A DNA stretch of 64,000 nucleotides from Ylistrum balloti (taxonomy: Eukaryota): NCBI RefSeq assembly GCF_031769215.1, contig NW_026782328.1, forward strand, positions 124,001 through 188,000. The letters run 5' to 3'. The notes beneath the pieces were generated by a model that worked only from the letters and a program-made list of their open reading frames with translations, did no database searches and was not told the origin of the DNA. Of the stretch, positions 37,101-48,526 are shown piece by piece (within the stretch, counting starts at the first letter, position 1; every line of letters begins with the position of its first letter). The translations under genes were made by a program, and so were the position numbers.

Positions 37101-39580
37101 GTACATCATGTGACCAAATGTACTTTCTATTTTCACAGTTGTTGCGGAGTTCCTTGGTAAATAACAGGACACAATCCATCGTATGTGATGACCTCAATAT
37201 GTCCGAATACGCAATTTTTGCGGAAACAAGAGGAGATAAGCTTGATATGAAAACAAAAGAAAAGGCTGATCTTCTTGAAGGTCTGTACTTTGTCTGATTC
37301 TGTTCTAATGAGATCCAAAACAGAACTGTTTCTTTATCTGTATATCTATATACTGTCTACATGTACCTATATACTGTCTACAGATATCTATATACTGTCT
37401 ACAGATATCTATATACTGCCTACATATACCTATTTACTGTCTACAGATATCTATATACTGCCTACAGATATCTATATACTGCCTACATATATATATATAC
37501 TGCCTACATATACATATATACTGTCTACAGATATCTATATACTGTCTACAGATATCTATAGATATCTATATACTGTCTACAGATATCTATATACTGCCTA
37601 CATACACCTATTTACTGTCTACAGATATCTATATACTGCCTACAGATACCTATATACTGCCTACAGATATCTATATACTGTCTACAGATATCTATATACT
37701 GTCTACAGATATCTATATACTGTATACAGATATCTATATACTGTATACAGATATCTATATACTGCAGATATCTATATACTCTCTACAGATATCTATATAA
37801 TATCTACATATATCTATATACTGTCTACAGATATCTATATACTGTCTACAGATATCTATATACTGTCTACAGACATCTATATACTACAGATATCTATATA
37901 CTGTCTACAGATATCTATATACTGTCTACAGATATCTATATACTGTCTACAGATATCTATATACTGTCTACATATATCTATATACTGTCTACAGACATCT
38001 ATATACTATCTACAGACATCTATATACTGTTTACAGAACTGTCTCTTTATCTGTATGTCTATTTGGTGATGTGGTGAGTCTATATCTGAAATCACAGAAT
38101 TGAAAACTTGGATTTATTTTTTTTTGAAAAGAAATTTTTGTGCATTGTTTGATTTCTTATCTGTTCTACATTACCAATAAACATTTTCTTTTTGTAGATT
38201 TTCCAAATGTAAAGTGGCATTTATCATTGTCTTTGTAGAAAATCTAAGAGGGACAACTTTACATGTAATTCCATAGAATTCTTGAATGTTATATTGCATT
38301 GTTTGAAACACCTGTTTAGAATACTTTTAATTTTGCAGCATTCATTGGAGCGTTGTTTGTGGACAAAGGTATTGATCACTGCAAAGTCTTCTGCAATGTC
38401 TGTTTCTTCCCACGACTCAAGGACTTTATCATGAACCAGGACTGGAATGATCCAAAGTCCCAACTTCAACAATGCTGTCTCACTCTTCGAGAACTGGATG
38501 GAGGCGAGCCAGACATTCCTTTATACAAGTAAGTAGCAGTTTTGTCAGAAAAAAAATGATGATTTCATGCATCTTTAGGGAAATATTTGTACCGTGTAAG
38601 CAGAAATATGCCTTACTTATAAGAGTAATAAATCACTGTTTTGTGTGAAATAGAATCTTACACATGTCATACTGAATTAATCAAACTCGTCCATTGATTA
38701 ATGTAACACTTAATTGTTATATCAAATTGTAAGAAGAGTTTGATCAATTCTATAAGACATGGCAACTCTTAATTTTCTACAGAGCAAACCTTTTTCTCAC
38801 TTTTCAGCTTTTTATTTTGTCGGTAGTAGTATTTTATTGACACTAGAATGTGATATGACACCCACCATAAAATATAATATCAGGTGAGCTATGTACTACT
38901 TAAATGTTTCATATAGTTATTCTTCTCCTCATTTTTTGTATTTGGACTTCCCCAATGATGTATTTTTTTCTTTCAGGATGATAGAGGCATTCGGACCAAC
39001 TAACACTCGGGAGTATACTGTGGCTGTGTATTTCCGAGACGAGAGATTAGCTAAGGGGATGGGCCACAGTATTCAGCAGGCGGAAATGGCTGCAGCCAGG
39101 AATGCACTGAAAGAAAGATCAGGTAGAGCTCTCACAGTTGTAACATTTCATATCAGTGATTTGTAGATTTAGATATAAAATGAAAATAACTTTGAGAGGA
39201 AAACATTGTTTGACAGTTGGAAGGTAATATCACAAACACTGGTAAAGTACTTTATTAAGTCTTCACAATATACACCACAATAATATTCTATGTTAATTTT
39301 TGCTGACAGCATATTTTGAAGTTGTAATATCCACAGGATAATAAATATTCTGTTTATCTGTGTACTGTAGAAAGTATTTTTTTTTAAAGAATTATTCCCT
39401 ATCCTCGCACACCAAAAGAGATTCTTGGAGAAGAAACAGAGGAAGAGAAAGCATGGTCGCAGACAAAGGGTAGGAGAGCGGAATGGAGGTGAAAGAGGGG
39501 CTGGATCTTCCTCAGGGTACAGCCAATCTCCCAACAAATCAGCTGACAACAGGCGGCGGCCCGGCAGGCGTGGACGGTGA
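16113..39580 (+). CDS. DROSHA: Drosha, class 2 ribonuclease III (Microprocessor catalytic subunit), 27 coding exons; exon 22 is disrupted in this sequence
   Basis: Exons 16113-16154, 16458-16877, 17433-17920, 18413-18718, 21113-21299, 21529-21685, 21959-22101, 23739-23906, 24166-24252, 24750-24821, 25436-25583, 25918-26087, 26387-26511, 28321-28449, 29494-29572, 30295-30402, 30751-30889, 31350-31470, 32370-32469, 33813-33915, 35137-35306, 35875-(35949/36115, see findings), 36356-36461, 37139-37280, 38339-38528, 38977-39122 and 39390-39580 (TGA). Phases are consistent except at exon 22. Domain order: P/Q-rich then RS-rich N-terminus; central domain ([40 protein letters not shown]); RNase IIIa [12 protein letters not shown]; RNase IIIb [12 protein letters not shown]; dsRBD ([24 protein letters not shown]). 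The start codon and exon 1 are less certain than the rest. Confidence 0.96.
17784..17867 (+). repeat. Coding 12-bp tandem repeat, seven copies of GGGGACAGAGGA encoding (GDRG)7, in Drosha exon 3
   Basis: Read directly in frame within exon 17433-17920. Confidence 0.95.
19020..19790. repeat. Minisatellite, 46-bp unit GAATGTACAGTACACTGTCTGAAGTGTTACTTCACTAGAGTTATGA, in Drosha intron 4
   Basis: Period 46 (19381, 19427 and so on); about 17 copies. Confidence 0.96.
20008..20147. repeat. Minisatellite, 20-bp unit CAACCCTGTAAGATCACTCA, seven copies
   Basis: Period 20 (20011, 20031 and so on). Confidence 0.95.
20939..21016. mobile_element. Possible short MITE remnant of a DNA transposon
   Basis: The right end GTGCACTATATTCGGAAATTTACGGTA is followed by TA. 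The left side carries a partial inverted match, GCGTATAATGCGCAC. The resemblance to TACCGTA-type terminal inverted repeats is from memory, not a database match. Confidence 0.35.
22360..23250. repeat. Degenerate array of about 160-170-bp satellite-like units in Drosha intron 7, same family as 15060-15500
   Basis: Recurring blocks AAA(A/T)TTGG(T/C)CTGAAACA, GACCC..GAGG(G)ACTTAG..GTGGGG and CTTCAAAATG..CTT.CTTAATGCTT. Confidence 0.6.
24915..25145. repeat. Minisatellite, 31-bp unit GTAAACTTCACGATATCTTTTTTGTGTTGCT, in Drosha intron 10
   Basis: Period 31 (24976, 25007 and so on); about 7 copies. Confidence 0.93.
26478..27520 (+). repeat. Compound minisatellite (51-52-bp units, then 42-bp units) derived from the Drosha exon 13/intron 13 junction
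   Basis: The unit GCCCTGC..CTGAGTTACGCTGGGGATCCTTA|GTAAGTGGTGTCCACTCA equals the last 34 nt of exon 13 plus the donor. The 42-bp variant GCCCAGCTGAGTGATGCTGGGGATACCTATTTAGTGGTATTA runs from about 27040. Confidence 0.95.
28440..29275 (+). repeat. Minisatellite, 39-bp unit AAAGAGGTAAGACACATCAATATACCTTTGTCACTACAC, derived from the Drosha exon 14 donor junction
   Basis: About 21 copies. The first copy is the true junction GAAGAG|GTGAGACACATCAATAT. Confidence 0.95.
29605..29822. repeat. Minisatellite, 42-bp unit CTGTGTGCTGGAAGTGAAATGTCAAGGTTTTGGGGAATTAAA, five copies, in Drosha intron 15
   Basis: Direct tandem copies. Confidence 0.93.
31520..31862. repeat. Tandem repeat, 79-bp unit, about 4.3 copies, in Drosha intron 18
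   Basis: CACCTAAACC recurs at 31544, 31621, 31700 and 31779. Confidence 0.93.
34865..35156 (+). repeat. Minisatellite, 51-bp unit, derived from the Drosha intron 20/exon 21 acceptor junction; six copies, of which the last is the real exon start
   Basis: CTCTTTTGGAACAG|GTGCCCTGTTTATATACAAATGTTAGTACAGATATAT, with AG ends at 34881, 34932, 34983, 35034, 35085 and 35136. Confidence 0.95.
35920..36125 (+). repeat. About three diverged tandem copies of the 3' half of Drosha exon 22 plus its donor
   Basis: CTGCTGGTGAAGGCTTTCACCTTGAGGAGTGTTGACTATAATAACCTTACATT|GTAAGTACAT at 36063-36125, with garbled copies at 35927-35968 and 35969-36060. Confidence 0.85.
37330..38035. repeat. Minisatellite, 21-bp unit ATATCTATATACTGTCTACAG, in Drosha intron 24
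   Basis: About 33 moderately diverged copies. Confidence 0.94.
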
Positions 39581-40525
39581 AAGAGACTTGCTGGTTTAGA
39601 GTGTTTATAAGTCAGAGTAAAAAAAGGCGAGGAATTGATTACCTCTGCCTTTTTACTATTAGACTTTTGGAAACAGACATGGTTCTGTTAATAACCGTAT
39701 TGAAATCAACCAAGTTGATTGTGTGGCAAGACATCAGAAAGTGACCAAACCACCTTGTCAGATGTGAAAGGACTGTTTAATAGGGAAGGGCACCTGTTAA
39801 CACTGTCTGATAAGGTATTCTGTAAGTAAGGTCAAGTAAACAGCAGTAGACAATGACCTTATCACACAAGTCTGTTTAGGATGATGTTACAGATGGTGAG
39901 TCTGTTTAGGATGATGTTACAGATGGTCGAAGGTAGGTGAAAGTGGTCGTAAATGGAGTAATAAAAACTTTCACTGTCTTTAAGTTGAGATGGTGAATCT
40001 CAACCCAATGGGAATATAATTAAGTTGTCAAACACAAGGCTTGCCAAGTGTTTTACAGCTTTGTTATCTTCCCCTGTGGGTTTAGATCCCCCCATCTCAT
40101 CCTAAAGGGGATGAGTGATTGTTTTTCTTTACAAAGTGTATTGTGTGTGAACAAATAACATGGATGGTGTATGGATAGTGATGAGGCCTGCTTTTAATTT
40201 TGATGGGAACACAAGATTTTTGGTTTTGAGAATAACACAAGATTCCAGTAACAGACAAAATAAGTCTGTGTGTGACCTTATAAAGGTAGTTCTACTTCCG
40301 GGTCACATAAGTGACACCTCTTTAATTGTAGTCGGAACATACAAAGAGTATGTGGTATGTGTAGCTTGTCTCAACACTAGGGTGAGACAAGAAAATCTCA
40401 CACTAGTAAAAACGTGGATTTACCTGTCCAGGATAAAATCAACGTCTAGTCTTGTTTGAAACTCTTTTATGTGAACAGTTTCCTAGTCAAAGGTGAATGA
40501 TACAGCCAAGTGCTTGAAGTTTAGC

Positions 40526-40531
40526 AATAAA
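40526..40531 (+). terminator. Candidate Drosha polyadenylation signal AATAAA
   Basis: AATAAA about 950 nt after the stop codon, followed by GT/T-rich GTTTGTTTTACTGTT. Other candidate sites exist further 3'. Confidence 0.3.
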
Positions 40532-41509
40532 GTTTGTTTTACTGTTAATGACCTTATGTCATTTCCTTCTGAATGTTTACAGTTTTCAGTCATGGGGAAA
40601 TGATATTCAAGATATTAGATAAAATGTTTATGCCCACAATGGAAGACAATGCAAAACTGGTTTTTGACTAAATTTGTATGTGTATCATTTATTCTTGGCA
40701 TTTGAGGATTAAACACAACAGGAAATTCTGTTGATTTATGTATCCTATTATCACATTTGCCTTATCTTTCATATTCTAAGGAAATGTATCTAGTTCAATT
40801 GATATTATGTATTATTGGTTCATTTTTCTTGTTTAATTGACCAGATGACTAGACCATTGATTTGTAAATTCTATTTAAACAAGAGTTACTGAACTTGTGT
40901 ATAGTTCTCTAGTCTGTTACTTAGTCAAAGGGAGGTAACTCATTTAAACAGTTACAAAGAAAATGAGAGATGGTTGTTTGTATTGTTCTAATGAATAAGA
41001 TTTTATACCAGATATTTTGTTAATAATACAATGATATTTATTATTGATGGAAATTTGTTATTTTATAAATTAAAGTAGAAAAATAGAAAGAAGTGTGGAT
41101 ATGTATAGGCTTAATGGTTATAATGGTTAAACAATAACATCTGTGCCAATAATAATTGAATTTGTGAGAAATTTGAAGTGAAACATTGGTATGTTGAGAA
41201 TCTGAAATATAAACATTCATTCCTTCATTGATATTTCTTATATTTATTTGTGTGAAAGAGATAAGTATTGTACTTTAAATTGTCAAAGTAAGGGATCTGT
41301 TTGAGTACTGTAGTATGTAACTGTTGATGTTTGATGATCATCAACAATAAACAACTATAAGTGTACCATTTTGTGTTGTATTTTCCTTTTAATGTTGTTT
41401 TCTTTTTGTACATTGGAGCCATTTCAATCCTAGCAGTAAAGAGTGATTCAGTTAACTGAATGATTTCAAAAAGAATTTGGAAGCAGTCCATTCTACTTTA
41501 CATTTGAGG

Positions 41510-43430
41510 TATCCATACTGATGCTGCATATGTCAACACAGATCACAGCTGGGTCAACAGACTGATGACAGCTGGGTCAGCAGACTGATGCTGCATAGGT
41601 CAACAGAAAGATCACAGTGGGGTCAACAGACTGATGACAGCTGGGTCAACAGACTGATGCTGCATAGGTCAACAGAAAGATCACAGCTGGGTCAACAGAC
41701 TTATGCTGCATAGGTCAACAGACAGATGACAGCTTGGTCAAAAAGACTGATGCTGCATACATCAACAGAAAGATCAAAGCTAGGTCAACAGACTGATGCT
41801 GCATAGGTCAACAGAAAGATCACTGCTGGGTTAACAGACTGAAGACAGCTGGGTCAAAAAACTGATGCTGCAAAGGTCAACAGAAAGATCACTGCTGGGT
41901 CAACAGACTGATGACAGCTGGGTTAACAGACTGATGACAGCTGGGTCAAAAAACTGATGCTGCAAAGGTCAACAGAAAGATCACTGCTGGGTCAACAGAC
42001 TGATGCTGCAAAGGTCAACAGAAAGATCACAGCTGGGTCAACAGACTAATGACAGCTGGGTCAACAGACTGATGCTGCATAGGTCAACAGAAAGATCACA
42101 GCTGGGTCAACAGACTGATGCTGCAAATGTCAACAGAAAGATCACAGCGGGGTCAACAGACTGATGACAGCTGGGTCAACAGACTGATGCTGCATAGGTC
42201 AACAGAAAGATCACATCTGGGTCAACAGACTGATGCTGCATAGGTCAACAGAAAGATCACAGCTGGATCAACAGACTTATGCTGCATAGGTCAACAGACA
42301 GATGACAGCTTGGTCAAAAAGACTGATGCTGCATACATCAACAGAAAGATCAAAGCTAGGTCAACAGACTGATGCTGCATAGGTCAACAGAAAGATCACT
42401 GCTGGGTTAACAGACTGAAGACAGCTGGGTCAAAAAACTGATGCTGCAAAGGTCAACAGAAAGATCACTGCTGGGTCAACAGACTGATGACAGCTGGGTT
42501 AACAGACTGATGACAGCTGGGTCAAAAAACTGATGCTGCAAAGGTCAACAGAAAGATCACTGCTGGGTCAACAGACTGATGCTGCATAGGTCAACAGAAA
42601 GATCACAGCTGGGTCAACAGACTGATGCTGCAAATGTCAACAGAAAGATCACAGCGGGGTCAACTGACTGATGACAGCTGGGTCAACAGACTGATGTTGC
42701 ATAGGTCAACAGAAAGATCACAGCTGGGTCAACAGACTGATGGTGACTCAGTCAAGAGACTGATGGTGTCTGTAGCTTGGTCTACATACTGATGGTGTCT
42801 GGGTCTACAGACTGATGGTGTCTGTAGCTTGGTCTACAAACTGATGGTGGCAGGGTCAACAGATTGATGGCGGCTTGGTCTACAGATTGATGGTGTCTGT
42901 AGCTTGGTCTACATACTGATGGTGTCTGGGTCTACAGACTGATGGTGTCTGTTGCTTGGTCTACAGACTGATGGTGGCTTGGTCTACAGACAGATGGTGT
43001 CTAGCTTGGTCTACATACTGATGGTGGCTGGGTCAACAGACTGATGGTGGCTTGGTCTACAGACAGATGGTGTCTGTAGCTTGGTCTACATACTGATGGT
43101 GGCTGGGTCTACAGATTGATTGTGCCTGTAGCTTGGTCTACAGACAGATGGTAGCTTGGTCTACAGATTGATGGTGTCTGTAGCTTGGTCTACAGACTGA
43201 TGGTGGCTGGATCAACAGATTTATGGTGGCTGGGTCCACAGACAGATGGTGGCTTGGTCTACAGTCTGATGGTGGCTGGGTCAACAGACTGATGGTGTCT
43301 GTAGCTTGGTTTACATACTGATGGTGGCTGGGTCTACAGACTGATGGTGTCTGTAGCTTGTTCTACAGACAGATGGTGTCTGTAGCTTGGTCTACATACT
43401 GATGGTGGCTGGGTCAACAGACTGACCACA
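41510..43430. repeat. Compound satellite of about 23-24-bp monomers (GGTCAACAGACTGATG core, changing to GGTCTACAGACTGATGGTG at about 42740) between the Drosha and DDR 3' ends
   Basis: Tandem variant monomers; rare variants recur with a 576-bp offset. Confidence 0.93.
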
Positions 43431-46400
43431 GCTGGATGAATGGTACTCCACTTATTTATCATGGTTTAAATGTATTACATACTCTTTAGGTTCACTGTAA
43501 ATATTAATATAAAAACAATTCATTTCCATCCCAAAGAAAGGCCATCTTTGTTAATCAATAGCACTTGAGAAATTTCCCTAGCAAATGTGGTCACTGTCCG
43601 TCATATTACTTCTGTACAAGTCGTTAATGGTTAGTTGCCAGGTGTGCCAATTTGATCTGCTTTCTAGCACATTCTTCAAAATAACACACTCTGATATAAA
43701 CTCAAAGCTTTGCCTGGTAATAAGCCCATCTCTATCTACTGGTGTTGAGCAGAGTTACAAACCAAAGCTGTTTCATTGCCCAACAATAAAACCATCCAGT
43801 GACTTTACATGAGAATTTGTATGATAGGTCTCTGATGGGATAAAGAAAGTATTTTATCTGCTAGACTTGGGTATGGTCAATCACAAGAAAACTGCAAATA
43901 TAAATGATTTGTGATTTTATTTACAAACAATACAACCTAATTGACTCAGTCTTAAGCAAGAAATGATGTATTGCATGTCGGTCTCCTAGTAACACAATAA
44001 CAAAGGAACATATGTACTAAATAAAAATTACAGCCACAGTACTCAACCAATCACTAACTCACATTTACACCTCAAATCAGCCAATTAGGAGTTAGAATGC
44101 ACAACATGTGATTCATCTCCATAACAACTGAATGACCTTGTGCCATATGAACTTATATTTAAATCATTTGAGAGTATAATGATTTCCATTAATAGACAGA
44201 TCTCATTACTAATACATAATCAATAATGACTGTAACTTTTAGATGAAATGGTATCGAAATATTTCAATGGAATTTCACTGTTTCTCACAGTTATTTTGAA
44301 AATGACCTTTTTACATCTGATCATATACTAGTTTAATCTATTCAAACAATTTTTTGACATTTCACAGGAATTTCAAGTTGATGATAATGCTTTTCCGTTC
44401 AATAGTTAAGCAATGAAATCTTTTTTTGAAATGAAAACTGCAACAGCAAATTGATTCCATGAAACTTGTATATGATATTGACTTGAATTTAAAATGACGA
44501 AAATATGACAAAAACAACAGATATGATGAGGACAATATCCAAGTCTTCAGAAAGTGACAAGTAACACATAAGATATATCAAATCCCTACTTTTTACATAG
44601 TTATATAGTATTTAATGTACAATCCTCATTTTAATTGGAAGGTCAACTGGCTGCTTGTGACTTCTGTGGTGATTTTCATTAATGTTTTAATTAAACCTAT
44701 ACAGCATTTTGTCAATTTCAATTTTAGAAAAAAAAGCATGAACTTTTTATTTGAACTTTTTGGATTAGATAATTGATGACGAATAAATTTTTGACTTCTT
44801 TTTGATTCAATTGAAAAAGAAAATGAAATAAGCGTTATAAATCTTCCCTACATGGTAAGCCAAGCAAAATTTTAAAAATGTTTTATGATAAGCACCTGCA
44901 TTTATCTGTTTTATTTTGTTTAAATAAATAATAACAAACAAAATGACACCCTTTTGAAAATGACATATTCCTAAAGACTTGGATATTTGTAATAATGAAT
45001 TACATAATAATATGACTCTTGATTTCACTGAATCAACGACATCATGACAAGTCAACTGGAATGACATAAATATAGAAACATGATTTAAAACGTATCTAGA
45101 ACACATCTACATCATGAGATATAAATAATAAAAAGTGTCACCCTGTTGTCATCAATAAGCACTACCTTTTGGTGCCCCAGCTCAGTGTCCAATCAAGACA
45201 AAGATCTGGTGGGCAGGGCCTCATCTCTAGCCAAAACAGTGGGGTACACAAAGGGTGATTTGTTAAAAAAACAAAAAAAATAAACAAAGCTCTGACATAT
45301 TTCACAAATTGCTATGTACACGATTAAATCACAAATTCAGTTGTTTTCAATACCATTTGTTTCTAGCTATTTCTATATATATTAGATATTTACGATACGT
45401 ACAGCTTTCTATCTTTCTACTGTACAAAGCTAGATGAATGCAGTTGCTCTCCTGCTGTGTAAAAAGGCAAAATAAATGCAAATTTGGTTAACTTTTGTTT
45501 GTACATCTCTCATTTACAAGCTCATGCACACGCGATTGCCATTGTATAAAAATATAACCCCAATCACATCCGACCTCTCGAGGTCATGTTGATATTGAGT
45601 ACGACTTGATACCTGATCAAATCCATCTTGGAACACAAAATTTTAACTTCCTTTACTTTTTAGCACTTTTTGCATTACAGCAGGTTTGGGCTGAATCTTT
45701 TTGATTTTTTTTTTGCCGTTTTCTAAGATGGTTGTTTTTAAGACTTGACAGAAGGATATTGTAATTCAGATCTGATGTTGGCCATTTGAATTAATTTTTT
45801 CATAACAACAGATATACCGTCAGTGTTCCAGGATGGTTTCCATCTTTCTTGGACATAAGTCATAATATTAAGTTTCAATTAAAGTCACAACCCAAAGATA
45901 TTTCGATAAACTCATTAACTTGCATAAATTCTTATTTTCATATATAAATGATATGCTAGAATTGTGAATGAGACATGATATCACTTTTTTTCGTATCTGT
46001 TTTCTAAAAAGTTAAAAAAAAAAAGTCTTCATCCCCATCAAAATGAAATGGTAATTGTTCAGGATTTCCATGTAACATATCAGAATATATGTCAATAATC
46101 ATCCATGCAATGTCTGAGCTTTTACACCCTGAATACACATTACATATTTTAGTTTTTTTATGTATTTTTTATATAAAAGTCTATGTTTGTACAAATATTT
46201 CAAAAGTGTTCAGTGAAGTCTTAACATACTCAAGTGCACAGCATTCATGGCACTGAAAAGTTAATACAAAGATATCATTCTCACTGACCATTTTTGTAAA
46301 AAACTGTACATAACTACTGTGATTTATACAAGTTAAGTAAAAATTTGTGGGGAAAAAAAAAAAAAACAAAAACAAGAACAAATCAAAACAAATACAAAGG

Positions 46401-48526
46401 GTCCTTACATAAAACAGCTGACATCACAAGAGTTAATGCTAGCAAATATATATTGTACATACCTCCACTATACAATATACTATACATGTGTCCACTGTGG
46501 GAAATACATAATGTACAATATATTATATCTCCAGTGTGGGGTATATAACATAATATATTGTACATACCTCCACTACTGGGGGTACATACTTTCAGTGGCA
46601 AAAGCTCTACTTGTAAATAAAGATAGTTATGTACAAAAGCTCTGTTGGTATTCTGTCACAAGTTGGAGTTAATGTAGAGAGCATTCATATTTTACATCTG
46701 GTGGTGGTTGAAGTTTTCATCAATAGAATATCTTTACATTTATTAACAAACTCAAAACTTAATAAGCAAATTTGTCAAAACAACAATTAAAAAAAAAACA
46801 AAAAAATGAAGTTACCATGTGTTTCTTTTGGAGGAGGGAGGGGGTTAATTCTACAAAAACATAATTAAAAATGATAATTTAAAACATTCTTCCAAAGGTT
46901 ACAAAAAGCATGCTAATTCAATCACAAGATAATTTCAGAAGGTAGAATATTTTGGACATGGGAATCACTCTAGTATTAATAGACACATAACAGAGATCAT
47001 TGTCCATACATCTACACCTATTTGGTCGTTCTATGGTTATTATTTATGGTTAAAAAAAAAAACAACAAAAAAACAAATATAATTGTTTTTTCAGCTTTAA
47101 AAATGGCATCTTAAAAACTAGCTATGAAAATGTCAGCATCTATATAATATAGAACGTATTGCACCTTTCAAATTTTACAAATAATCTTTTATTTTTACCA
47201 AGCAATGAACAACAAGGGAGGAAGTTTACAACATAAAGAAGATAAAATTCATCTTTATAATCAAGATGTATGTATAATCTTAAGTCCGGCCCCATTCTGT
47301 TGAGATCCTTTGAAGAAGGTTCCCCAAGGACTTCGCTGTGTTTTATGTAAATTCTCAGTTTGCTTGCAACAGTCAAGTCATTGAATACAAATGATAGTAA
47401 GCAGCATTAAAACTGATAAAACTTTGCTGAATGCAAAAATGCAAAGGCATTGATTACAAGGAATTAGGACACATATAGTAATTTAGCACTATGATTGTTT
47501 TCAATAACACACAACGTTGTAATGGAACAATATATATATCCCATAACTTATTCTTCTAATTTCATTTTAAATGGAGATAACACTATTGTCTCAATAACAT
47601 TCTTCATATACACATGATAATGGCACAACTGAAACAGTTGATCAGTTCTCACCCCCCTCCTTAAGAACGCCTTCATACAAGTTATAACAAAGGGGAGACA
47701 ACCCAATATTATAATTCCCAATGCTTTTGAACACGTTTATGGTTATATATGTGTGTAAGATAAAAACCTTTGCAATGACTGGAATTAAATACAATCAATT
47801 TAAAAATAATGATCAATATGCTGTTCCTTGTATCACTAACACTTTCAGCGCTCTTTTTCTTCCTGGAGAAACAGGGGCAGATAACTGATGTGATCAAGGG
47901 CAGATAACCCTTACCCACTCCTAATTAGGCAATGTATCTTTGATACACTTAGAGTGTTTGTAGGAGCACAAAGGTGTTAATCAATTTCTGTATCATCAGA
48001 AATAAGTCAATTTTATGATAAAACATTTATAAATAAGAATTATTATGGTAATACTATACATATAGCTCTTCTCTCCATGGATTTCATCACTATCACAACA
48101 GAGGTGAGTATGAACGGACTCACTCGAGTACTTGTGTAATTCAGATCATCTAAACGCTATCTTTTATCACAATTCCATTCGTATGACTATATGGCAACTG
48201 ATGTGTCAATTTCGGTGATGCATGACATCAGAAAGGGTGCAATGATGATAGGGTCCTAGCACCTGTCATTTCAGGCGGGCGAGTTCACCTGCCACTCCTC
48301 TCTTTAAGATTGGGACAGCCCAATCATCACCTATCCCAATCACCAAATCTGTCTTTGGTTTCGTTGAAAGGAAGTCCACATTTCCCCGTGTTGCACCAAA
48401 CATGATTGATCCGTTTCACCGGAAAGTTTGAATGACTAGTATTTGCACTGGGTCACAACCTTGAAACATATGACAAACCCAGATTTAGAATACATTCTTA
48501 GGTAGTATTCAAAATAATTATTGTGA

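Noticed and set aside
37275-38069. 264-aa [17 protein letters not shown]
   Set aside because: 21-bp intronic minisatellite.
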